Origin: an uncultured Mycoplasmatota bacterium
Lineage (GTDB): Bacteria; Bacillota_I; Bacilli_A; RF39; UBA660
DNA: 26,502 nucleotides
NCBI GenBank assembly: GCA_900553435.1
Contig: USDC01000001.1
Span: 1 to 26,502, forward strand
Reading direction: 5' to 3'
This document shows, piece after piece, positions 10,636-18,180 of the stretch. The first letter of the stretch is position 1. Each line of letters begins with the position of its first letter. The notes under the pieces are model-generated. The model worked only from the letters and a program-made list of their open reading frames with translations. It was not told the DNA's origin and made no database searches. A program made the translations under genes and the position numbers.

Positions 10636-11466
10636 TTATTTTTTACGACGACTTACAATAAGCTTGTCTGAAGATTTTTTGTTTTTACGAGTTTTATATC
10701 CAAGTGCTGGTTTACCCCAAGGTGTCATTGGACTCTTTCTACCAACTGGTGCTTTACCTTCACCACCACCATGTGGGTGATCAACTGGGTTCATAACAGA
10801 ACCACGTACTGTAGGACGAACTCCCATATGTCTTTTTCTACCAGCTTTACCTAGATTTACTAATTCATGATCTAAGTTACCAACTGTTCCGATAGTTGCT
10901 CTACATGTACCAAGAACTTTTCTTTGTTCTCCACTTCTAAGTCTTACTAATACATATTTTTCTTCTCTACCAAGTATTTGTGCACTTGATCCTGCACTAC
11001 GAGCAAGAGCTGCACCTGCACCTAGGTTAATTTCAATATTGTGTACAACTGTACCAACTGGAATATTTTTTATTGGAAGTGAGTTACCAACTTTGATATC
11101 AACATTTTCTCCACTTTCAACAATATCCCCAACTTTTAAATTAAGTGGTGCAATAATATATCTTTTTTCACCATCTGCATAATTTATTAAAGCAATGTTC
11201 GCACTTCTGTTTGGATCATATTCGATGCCAGCAACTTTTCCTTTAATACCGTCTTTATTTCTTTTGAAATCGATTATACGATATTTTCTTTTAGCTCCGC
11301 CACCTTTATGTCTAACAGTTATTTTTCCTTGATTGTTTCTTCCACTTTTTTTATTTAAAATTACTGATAAACTTTTTTCTGGAGTCTTTTTAGTAACTTC
11401 ATCAAAAGTGTTAGAAGTCATATTTCTTCTACCATTTGTGGTAGGATTATATTTTTTTATACCCAT
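10636..11466 (-). CDS. rplB: 50S ribosomal protein L2
   Basis: [16 protein letters not shown]...EYDPNRSA...[21 protein letters not shown]. Confidence 0.99.
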   Translation of the reverse strand: MGIKKYNPTTNGRRNMTSNTFDEVTKKTPEKSLSVILNKKSGRNNQGKITVRHKGGGAKRKYRIIDFKRNKDGIKGKVAGIEYDPNRSANIALINYADGEKRYIIAPLNLKVGDIVESGENVDIKVGNSLPIKNIPVGTVVHNIEINLGAGAALARSAGSSAQILGREEKYVLVRLRSGEQRKVLGTCRATIGTVGNLDHELVNLGKAGRKRHMGVRPTVRGSVMNPVDHPHGGGEGKAPVGRKSPMTPWGKPALGYKTRKNKKSSDKLIVSRRKK

Positions 11467-11479
11467 GTTATCCTCCTAA

Positions 11480-11749
11480 CTAAAACTCTATTTTAGAGCC
11501 TTCACTTAGTTTTACCATTGCTTTTTTATAAGTTTTAGTTCTTCCTGTATATCTTCCTACTCTTCTTTTTTTACTTTTTGTATTTAATGTATTTACTTTT
11601 TCTACTTTAACTCCAAACTTTTTTTCAATTGCTTGTTTAATATGAGTTTTATTCGCTTTAGCATCTACTTTAAATACATAAACATTATCTTCTTGTAATT
11701 TTGCTGTTTTTTCAGTTATAACTGGTGCCTTAATTATTTCATAATTCAT
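11480..11749 (-). CDS. rplW: 50S ribosomal protein L23
   Basis: PVITEK...FKVDAKANK..IKQAIE..FGVKV..VNT...KKAMVKL. Confidence 0.98.
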   Translation of the reverse strand: MNYEIIKAPVITEKTAKLQEDNVYVFKVDAKANKTHIKQAIEKKFGVKVEKVNTLNTKSKKRRVGRYTGRTKTYKKAMVKLSEGSKIEF

Positions 11750-12372
11750 TATTTAAGCACCTCCTCTATAGTTTTAATAGCAGACTCTTCAACAATTAAA
11801 TTTTTGTTCATAGCAATTTCTAAAACATTTATTTTATCTACTGGCACAACTGTTAAATTTTTGTTATTACGAGCTGCAAGTGATAAGTTTTCGTTTTCTT
11901 CGTTAGTTACTATTAAAGCTGTTTTTTCCACTTTTAAGTTTTTTAATACATTAATTAAATCTTTTGTTTTATTAGTTTCAAGTTTTAAGTTTTCAACAGC
12001 AACTAATTCTTTGTTTTTATATTTACTAGAAAGAATACTAAGTAATGCAAGTTTTCTTTCTTTTTTATTCATTTTCTTACTGTAATCTCTTGGAGTTGGA
12101 CCAAATACTATTCCTCCACCTCTCCATTGTGGACTTCTGTTTGATCCTTGTCTTGCTCTTCCTGTACCTTTTTGTCTCCAAGGCTTTCTTCCTCCACCTG
12201 AGACTTCTCCTCTAGTCTTTGTTTTTGCTGTACCTTGACGAAGACCAGCTTGTGCAAAAGTGATTGCATCAAAAAGCACACTTTCATTTACTTCTATATT
12301 CCATATTTTATCGTTTAAAGTTAAGTCTTTTACTTTTTCTCCACTAAGGTTTAAAAGATTAATTTTAGCCAT
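11749..12372 (-). CDS. rplD: 50S ribosomal protein L4
   Basis: RQGTAKTKTRGEVSGGGRKPWRQKGTGRARQGS.RSPQWRGGG. Confidence 0.99.
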   Translation of the reverse strand: MAKINLLNLSGEKVKDLTLNDKIWNIEVNESVLFDAITFAQAGLRQGTAKTKTRGEVSGGGRKPWRQKGTGRARQGSNRSPQWRGGGIVFGPTPRDYSKKMNKKERKLALLSILSSKYKNKELVAVENLKLETNKTKDLINVLKNLKVEKTALIVTNEENENLSLAARNNKNLTVVPVDKINVLEIAMNKNLIVEESAIKTIEEVLK

Positions 12373-12384
12373 TATAATTCCTCC

Positions 12385-13185
12385 TTACTCCTCAGTCTTA
12401 TTAGTTTCTTCTTCAGAAGCAGTCTTTTCTTCAGTTTTTGTTTCTTCTTTAACTTCAGTTTCAACTTCATCAGTCTTTACTAAAGCTTCTTCTACTACTT
12501 CTTCCGGCACTGTTTCTTCAACGATATCATATGTAATTAATTCTACTGGATTTTTAACGTCTCCTTTTTTAACAGAAGTTCTAATAAGTACTAAAGATTT
12601 TTTAGGTCCAGGAACATTTCCTTTTATAAGGATACAGTTATTTTCTAAATCAACATCAATAATTTGTAGATTTTGAATAGTAACTGTTTCATTTCCCATA
12701 TGTCCAGGTAATTTTTTACCTTTTAATACTCTTTTTGGTAACATAGTTCCCATTGAACCTGGTCCTCTATGATAATGTGAACCATGTGACATAGGTCCTC
12801 TGTGTTGATTATGTCTTTTAATAACACCTTGGAAACCTTTACCTTTACTTGTACCTGTAACATCTACAGTTTCTCCCACTTCAAATACACTAGCATCTAT
12901 TTTATCTCCTACTGTATAAGAAGTAACATCTACTCCTCTAATTTCTTTTAAGAAGCGCTTAGGTTCAGTTTTTGCTTTTTTAACATGTCCCATTTCTGGT
13001 TTGTTTGATGCTTTTTCTTTTTTGTTAAAAGCACCTAATTGAATAGCGTTATATCCATCTTTTTCAGTTGTTTTAATTTGAGTTACAACATTTGGTTCAA
13101 CTTGAACAACTGTTACTGGAATAAGCTTACCGTCAGTAGTGAATACTTGAGTCATTCCTACTTTACGTCCTAAGATTCCTTTCAT
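12385..13185 (-). CDS. rplC: 50S ribosomal protein L3 with acidic C-terminal extension
   Basis: [12 protein letters not shown]...DGYNAIQLG...[12 protein letters not shown]...GHMG...KGNVPGP. Confidence 0.99.
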   Translation of the reverse strand: MKGILGRKVGMTQVFTTDGKLIPVTVVQVEPNVVTQIKTTEKDGYNAIQLGAFNKKEKASNKPEMGHVKKAKTEPKRFLKEIRGVDVTSYTVGDKIDASVFEVGETVDVTGTSKGKGFQGVIKRHNQHRGPMSHGSHYHRGPGSMGTMLPKRVLKGKKLPGHMGNETVTIQNLQIIDVDLENNCILIKGNVPGPKKSLVLIRTSVKKGDVKNPVELITYDIVEETVPEEVVEEALVKTDEVETEVKEETKTEEKTASEEETNKTEE

Positions 13186-13196
13186 TTTTTCTCCTC

Positions 13197-13505
13197 CTAT
13201 AATTTAATTTCAATATCAACACCACTTGGTAAGTCTAGATGTGTAAGTGCATCTATTGTTTCCTTACTAGGGTCTAATACATCAATAAGTCTTTTGTGTG
13301 TACGCATTTCAAATTGTTCACGACTATCTTTATACTTGTGAACAGCTCTCAAAATTGTAAACTTTTCAATTTCTGTTGGTAGTGGTACTGGACCACACAC
13401 AACTCCACCAGTTCTCTTAATAGTCTCAACTATTTTTCTAGCTGCGTTATCTAAGATTCTGTGATCGTATGCTTTTAATTTAATACGAACTTTTGTCTTT
13501 GACAT
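13197..13505 (-). CDS. rpsJ: 30S ribosomal protein S10
   Basis: [13 protein letters not shown]...GPVPLPT...[20 protein letters not shown]. Confidence 0.99.
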   Translation of the reverse strand: MSKTKVRIKLKAYDHRILDNAARKIVETIKRTGGVVCGPVPLPTEIEKFTILRAVHKYKDSREQFEMRTHKRLIDVLDPSKETIDALTHLDLPSGVDIEIKL

Positions 13506-13630
13506 ATTTTTATCCTCCTTCGCCTATTTTCTAATAGACTCGCTCCATACGAATTACCTGACTTTCTAATTAAGTATTAACAACCTAACCTGGTGTGTCA
13601 GCAACCTCGCACTTCTCAGCAGTCATACAT
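13506..13630 (-). promoter_or_regulatory. rpsJ (S10 operon) structured leader RNA
   Basis: Minus strand reads GAAGTGCGAGGTTGCTGACACACCAGG...GGAGCGAGTCTATTAGAAAATAGGCGAAGGAGG. This resembles the Bacilli rpsJ leader (GAGGTTGC.GACACACC...TAGGCGAAGGAGG, from recall), with a GTCTATT/AATAGGC stem abutting the SD. Confidence 0.75.
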
Positions 13631-13635
13631 AATCA

Positions 13636-13664
13636 ATTATATGCAAAAAAAAAGAAAAAAGCAA
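13636..13664 (-). promoter_or_regulatory. sigma-A promoter of the S10 operon
   Basis: TTGCTT (13659-13664), 17-bp spacer, TATAAT (13636-13641) on the minus strand, immediately upstream of the leader. Confidence 0.8.
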
Positions 13665-13719
13665 GAATTTTTTTCATAAAATTATCACAAAAGCTAATTT
13701 TCAGTTACTACTCAGCCCT

Positions 13720-13753
13720 AAATAACGAATTTTAAATAATTCGTTATTTTTTT
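13720..13753. terminator. Hairpin inside the IS end downstream of the transposase
   Basis: 12-bp perfect inverted repeat AAATAACGAATT (13720-13731) / AATTCGTTATTT (13738-13749), with the longer T-run on the + strand. Confidence 0.55.
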
Positions 13754-13764
13754 GCATGGCAAAA

Positions 13765-15360
13765 CTAGGCGAATAAAATCTTGCCTTCAAATATTTGCCC
13801 TATAATTTTATAAACATCATGTTTTCTTAGTTTAGAAGTTTTTATTATACTCATAATGTTACCAAATCTTTCTCCACCTCTCTTACTTCTAAATCCACCA
13901 GATACTTTAGTTTTGCCTTTAATCATTCTAAGTAGTCTTTCCATAAAGTTATTATCATATGGAACAGTAAAATCATGAATATAGAAAAGAACTATTGCTT
14001 TTGAATTAACTAATCGTCTTCGAAGTGTTTCTTCCTTTTCTTGCCAATATGTTGAAGATATTCCTTTATTCTCTTCCTCTGCTTTTTGTGAAATTAAATC
14101 ATATTCTTTCTCTATTTCTTTTATTTCTTCTTCTGTAAAATATTCTCTTCCAAAAGCAGTAAGTATTTTTCTATTTCTTTCAACTCTTAACAAGAAATAA
14201 TATATTTCCATTTGCCAACTAGTTTCTAATACATTTTGATAACCTTCTTTACAATATCTTCCTATATGAACAACACAATCTTGATTGTGAGTTCCATATT
14301 TAAATACACCTGTATCGTGGTCTGATATTATTGTTCCATAAAAATCATCTAAAATACCATCTTCTTTTATTGGATCATCTCCTTTATGATGATGATATTT
14401 ATAAACTACATTAGTTTTATTAGCATATCCTCTATAATAAGATGCTTTACCATTTTCTGAAGTAGTTACTTCATCTGTATGTTGATATAATCCATTTAAA
14501 ATATTTTTTGTTATATTATTTATTGTTGGCTCTGTTTTATCTGAAAATTCTTCATAGATATTATCAATAGTTCCTTCGGAAATATTGATAATACCTTTAG
14601 TTAAATCTTTCAATAATTCTTTTATTTTACTATAACTAATAGAACAGTAAACACCTAAAATAATTATTAATATTTTAACATCATCATTATAAGTTACATC
14701 GGAATAAAATTCTTTAGGAAGTATATCTGTAGCATCTTCTTCATGTATAAATATATGTTTTTCTACATATGGCTCTACCTTAATGCCTATTTTATATTTA
14801 ACAGTATTTTTTTTATTCTTTCCTTTAATGCGATGAATAATTTCAACTACTTTAACATCACCATTTTTTATTTTTTCTCCCATATCATTTTTTGCAAGAG
14901 TTTTACCTTTATGACCAACTTGTCCTCCTGTTTTTTTAGAACTTTTTTCTCTATGATTATATGTATTAGGACCACTTTTTTCTTTTTTGAATTCCATTTC
15001 TTTACTTGTTGGAATAGAAGAGTTAGTACTATTTTTATTAATTTGATTTGTTAATTTATCAATAGTATATTTATCTGTATTTTCTTTTTGTAATATTTGT
15101 TTTTTTAATCTTTCTATTTCTTGATATGCTTTATTTAGTTCAACTTCCAATTTCTTATTTCTTTCAACCAATGGAATTGTTTCTTTTTCTACTGCTTTTT
15201 TGATTTTATTATCATTAGATTTTTCTATATAGTTTAACTCATATTTTAAAGTTGAAATTTCTAATTTTAAACTCTTATTTTCTTTTGTTAATATTATGTT
15301 TTTATTATATTCTTCTTCATACATATCGTATATATCATTATTAAATTTACTTCTACTCAT
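13765..15360 (-). CDS. IS66-family DDE transposase
   Basis: N-terminal coiled coil, KNSTNSSIPTS and GGQVGHKG motifs, HTDE / ISDHD / QDCVVHIGR, and VPYDNNFMERLLRMIKGKTKVSGGFRS, typical of IS66 TnpC. Confidence 0.9.
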   Translation of the reverse strand: MSRSKFNNDIYDMYEEEYNKNIILTKENKSLKLEISTLKYELNYIEKSNDNKIKKAVEKETIPLVERNKKLEVELNKAYQEIERLKKQILQKENTDKYTIDKLTNQINKNSTNSSIPTSKEMEFKKEKSGPNTYNHREKSSKKTGGQVGHKGKTLAKNDMGEKIKNGDVKVVEIIHRIKGKNKKNTVKYKIGIKVEPYVEKHIFIHEEDATDILPKEFYSDVTYNDDVKILIIILGVYCSISYSKIKELLKDLTKGIINISEGTIDNIYEEFSDKTEPTINNITKNILNGLYQHTDEVTTSENGKASYYRGYANKTNVVYKYHHHKGDDPIKEDGILDDFYGTIISDHDTGVFKYGTHNQDCVVHIGRYCKEGYQNVLETSWQMEIYYFLLRVERNRKILTAFGREYFTEEEIKEIEKEYDLISQKAEEENKGISSTYWQEKEETLRRRLVNSKAIVLFYIHDFTVPYDNNFMERLLRMIKGKTKVSGGFRSKRGGERFGNIMSIIKTSKLRKHDVYKIIGQIFEGKILFA

Positions 15361-15491
15361 AATAACTGCAACCCCATCTTTCTTTGATATATTTATTATC
15401 TCATAAACTCACAAAAAAGACGAGACATTTTTTGGATTGCAGTTATATCTCGTCTTATTAAGTATATCATGCTTTTTTACTTTTTTGTCAA
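15361..15491 (-). promoter_or_regulatory. Transposase promoter plus leader hairpin/terminator with anti-RBS loop
   Basis: TTGACA (15486-15491), 19 bp, TGaTATACT (-10 at 15461-15466). Then an 11-bp stem AAGACGAGAUA/UGUCUCGUCUU plus U-run; its loop is complementary to 15362-15374 next to the start codon. Confidence 0.65.
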
Positions 15492-15590
15492 TTAATTATT
15501 TATTTATGGCTGAGTTTTTAACACTTATAACTTTTTGATTTAAACAACATCATAATGTATTATAAAATCTCCTTAAATTTATTTTTAAAC

Positions 15591-15622
15591 GGTGTCCGAA
15601 GACCTCCGGCCTCCAGGACACC
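15591..15622 (-). other. GC-rich hairpin just downstream of the 557-aa gene (candidate DGR cis-acting stem-loop, or weak terminator)
   Basis: Minus strand GGTGTCC-T-GGAGGCC-GGA-GGTCTTC-GGACACC: 7-bp perfect outer stem, inner stem with G-T pairs, GGA loop, no long U-tract. Confidence 0.55.
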
Positions 15623-15633
15623 TATCTACTAAT

Positions 15634-17307
15634 TCATATTTCAAGCTCGTATGGACTTGATAAAGTGCCATTACCCCCAGTAATTTTCACACTGGATGAA
15701 AGATATGTGACTAGGCGAGCGCCAATGGTACTAGCTGCATTGCCGCCGTACACACGGCCGTCGCTAAAGACAGCACGCACAACGTTTCTATTCAAAGCAT
15801 AAGGCGCCAGTAACCATTGATAATCACTATTGTATAACCAGTTTGTACTTGTACATGTTTCATTATAATAATCATATAAAGTTTGTTCTCTGTTTCTACA
15901 TCCACTACTTGCATATCCATAGTCACTTGGATACATCAATCCTACCTTACCAGTCCAGTTTGTTGTCCTTGTTACTGTTATTCCTTCATCTGTAGATTGA
16001 GGTGTTGTACTTGCTCTTTCCTCTGCATATGACTCTGATGCAGTTATATCATATTTTGATGCTGGGGTATACCATTTTGCGTTGTCTATCATTTCTTTCG
16101 CATTCTCTGTTAAACCTGTGGAACTAAAATCGCATGCAGTTGTTGCATTGTTACGCTCGTTATAACAGGTCCCACTTCCTCTATTCCAATATAAAGAATT
16201 ATTTACACTTTCGCTTTCATATCCTGAGTTTAATAGCCTCATTAGGTCTGCTCCTTCATATGAGCCACTACTACCCCATTGATTTATTCCATAACCTGAA
16301 TTTATTGTAGAATCACTTGTATCCCATGGATAGTCTCCTATACTTTCTTCTCTTATTATTTTAATTCTGTTTTCAACATTTCCTGTGCCATCATCTGTAG
16401 GAAATACTCCTATGATTCTCCACGTTTCATTGTTGAATGTCACATAATTTTTTACTACATCATTACTTCCACTATATCTGTATTCTGTTAATGCTTCTGT
16501 TTGTCCTGTTGCAGGTTGGTCTATTTTTATTAGTCCTTCACTATTTCCTTCTGTTGCTTTTGCAATTATTGTATCTGCTCCCGTTGGCTCTCTATATTTT
16601 ACTGTACAAGTTGTATTATTTGTTACATTTGATACTGTAAGAGTATTATTTATTATATTTGCACTTTGATTATTTGTACATGACACTTCTGGGTAACCGT
16701 ATCCTTCTGTTGGATTTAATGTAAATGTTGTACTATTATTGTAATTTACTGTTTTACTTGTTTCTCCTTCTATTGTCCCATTTAATACTGTTGCATTTAC
16801 TGTGTATGTTAGAACTTCATATTCTACTGTACAGGTTGTATCATTTGTTACATTACTTACTGTTAGTGTATTATTTTCTATTGTTCCTGTTTGTGAGTTT
16901 GTACATGTTACTTTTGGATTAACGTATCCTTCTTTTGGTGTTAATGTAAATGTTATATCTTCTCCATTATTTACTTGTTTTGTTTCTTCTGTTTCTGTAT
17001 CTGTTTTTACTTTTATTGTTACATTTCTTGTATTTATTATTTCTTCTCCATTTTTATTAAAGTAGAATTTACAATTATTTTGTTCTATTATTTCTTTTAT
17101 ATCTATAGAATTTGTTTCTTCGTTAAATATTGCATTTTCTTCTTTTACTCTTGTTCCGTTACAAATTGTATGACTATATGAATATCCACTTTGTGGTATC
17201 TTAGAACTATACTCATATTCTCCATTTTCTGTTTCTATTTCATACGCATTTATACATATTGGTATTATTAAAATAATTAATAAAATAACTGTTACTATTT
17301 TTTTCAT
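15634..17307 (-). CDS. Secreted/membrane-anchored protein with two Ig-like/InlB-B-like repeats and a C-terminal DGR-target-like (CLec/DUF6273-like) domain
   Basis: N-terminus MKKIVTVILLIILIIPICINA; two ~72-aa TFTL.P.EGY...CTN...TLTVSNVTN.TTCTV.Y repeats; C-terminal NYVTFNNETWRIIG...KVGLMYPSDYGYA...WLL.P...GARLVTYL...ITGGNGT..SPYEL. Domain names come from recalled family patterns, not from a search. Confidence 0.8.
   Translation of the reverse strand: MKKIVTVILLIILIIPICINAYEIETENGEYEYSSKIPQSGYSYSHTICNGTRVKEENAIFNEETNSIDIKEIIEQNNCKFYFNKNGEEIINTRNVTIKVKTDTETEETKQVNNGEDITFTLTPKEGYVNPKVTCTNSQTGTIENNTLTVSNVTNDTTCTVEYEVLTYTVNATVLNGTIEGETSKTVNYNNSTTFTLNPTEGYGYPEVSCTNNQSANIINNTLTVSNVTNNTTCTVKYREPTGADTIIAKATEGNSEGLIKIDQPATGQTEALTEYRYSGSNDVVKNYVTFNNETWRIIGVFPTDDGTGNVENRIKIIREESIGDYPWDTSDSTINSGYGINQWGSSGSYEGADLMRLLNSGYESESVNNSLYWNRGSGTCYNERNNATTACDFSSTGLTENAKEMIDNAKWYTPASKYDITASESYAEERASTTPQSTDEGITVTRTTNWTGKVGLMYPSDYGYASSGCRNREQTLYDYYNETCTSTNWLYNSDYQWLLAPYALNRNVVRAVFSDGRVYGGNAASTIGARLVTYLSSSVKITGGNGTLSSPYELEI
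15709..15816 (-). other. Putative DGR variable region (VR)
   Basis: 59/108 nt are G+C in an AT-rich gene; 21 of 24 consecutive codons end in C/T; located at the C-terminus. Confidence 0.65.
16594..17030 (-). repeat. Two tandem ~225-bp-period intragenic repeats
   Basis: NNTLTVSNVTNDTTCTVEY (ends ~16819) vs NNTLTVSNVTNNTTCTVKY (ends ~16594); each unit has two Cys. Confidence 0.85.
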
Positions 17308-17370
17308 AATCTACTCCCATATTATTATATCTTTTCTTATTTAAAAACATTGTCGGTTATTGTTAGTTTT

Positions 17371-17399
17371 ATTATAACTTATTTATGTGTTTCTAGCAA
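17371..17399 (-). promoter_or_regulatory. Proximal sigma-A promoter of the 557-aa gene
   Basis: TTGCTA (17394-17399), 17 bp, TATAAT (17371-17376). Confidence 0.6.
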
Positions 17400-17440
17400 G
17401 AATTTCAATATAAATTGTTTCCTTATTTTTCCTTAATTTA

Positions 17441-17469
17441 ATTCTATAATACCCCCCCACGATTGTCAA
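17441..17469 (-). promoter_or_regulatory. Distal sigma-A promoter with a G7 tract in the spacer
   Basis: TTGACA (17464-17469), spacer ATCGTGGGGGGGTATTA (17 bp), TAGAAT (17441-17446). Confidence 0.6.
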
Positions 17470-17484
17470 GATTTTTAGTTTTTT

Positions 17485-18129
17485 TTATACGAAAAAACTT
17501 ACTACATCACTTTTTTTCATATCATTTTCTATTTGAAAAATTTTAAAGTAAGAGTTCTCTTTAAACGGAATTTTTACTTTGAAGTTATTTTCTTCATTTA
17601 CTATTGTTTTTATTATATTTTCTTTTGAAGTTTCAATTATGATTTCTGAGTTTTTTATTCCTTTTCCTATTAAATAATTATTAATAAATTCTATTTCTTT
17701 TGGCTCCTTACTTTTATAAACAGGATATAATTTTAAATCTTCTTTGATACTTATTTGTTCATTTGGATAATATTTGTTATCTTCCTCATCTTTCCAATAT
17801 AAAAGTACATTTTCACTTTTATATAGGTCATTTTTTATTATATAATCATTTTCTATTATTGGAGATTTATCATTTATATCTTTGTAATAATAAATGTCTT
17901 TGTCTTTAGCTTTTTCGTTTTCCGTTACATTATAATAAATTTTTAAATCATTAACTTCTTTTTCATTTATATATGCTTTATTATTTTCTATCTTAATTCT
18001 GTAATTTATATCATTTTTATATTTATTAGTTTCTTTTTCCTTTAAAATATATTCTCCATTTACTATATTTTTAAAAATAACTTCTCCTTTATTATTAGAT
18101 ATACTTTTATATTTATTTTTTCTACCCTT
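17485..18129 (-). CDS. 5'-truncated fragment (~214 aa) of a beta-rich surface protein (Cna-B/SpaA-like, Listeria-Bacteroides-repeat-like and Ig-like segments)
   Basis: Not in the ORF track because it lacks a start. Stop-free frame KGRKNKYKSISNNKGEVIFKNIVNGEYILKEKE...WKDEEDNKYYPNEQISIKEDLKLYPVYK...GKGIKNSEIIIE...VNEENNFKVKIP...SDVVSFFV*. In-frame upstream stop at 18160-18162. Confidence 0.75.
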   Translation of the reverse strand, partial: KGRKNKYKSISNNKGEVIFKNIVNGEYILKEKETNKYKNDINYRIKIENNKAYINEKEVNDLKIYYNVTENEKAKDKDIYYYKDINDKSPIIENDYIIKNDLYKSENVLLYWKDEEDNKYYPNEQISIKEDLKLYPVYKSKEPKEIEFINNYLIGKGIKNSEIIIETSKENIIKTIVNEENNFKVKIPFKENSYFKIFQIENDMKKSDVVSFFV

Positions 18130-18180
18130 TCGCGTGGTTTTTTTCAGAACGTTGCTTTTTTAGCAGAAAAGATACGAAAA

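Larger units (their letters stand above)
13704..15522 (-). mobile_element. IS66-family insertion sequence, single-ORF (ISBst12-like) organisation
   Basis: Imperfect terminal inverted repeats: GTTACTACTCAGCCCTAAATAA (from 13704) vs reverse complement GTTAAAAACTCAGCCATAAATAA (ending 15522). They enclose one transposase ORF. No target-site duplication seen. Confidence 0.8.

Noticed and set aside
421..12676. Short + strand ORFs (421-690, 2320-2550, 4451-4693, 4727-5095, 5108-5455, 5805-6035, 6348-6611, 6517-6939, 7761-8066, 7859-8098, 9108-9353, 9776-9976, 11804-12085, 12260-12676)
   Set aside because: They are antisense shadows of conserved minus-strand genes, F/L/S/I-rich as expected from reverse-complemented codons, with no motifs.
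15523..15575. SD-like AAGGAGA followed by a tiny ORF (MMLFKSKSYKC) running into the IS end
   Set aside because: The SD-ATG spacing is ~14 nt and the ORF is only 11 codons; no support for a gene.
16130..16175. Possible second variable patch (CYNERNNATTAC) in the 557-aa gene
   Set aside because: Too short, and it includes GAG/GCA/ACA codons; there is no clear GC or NNY block.
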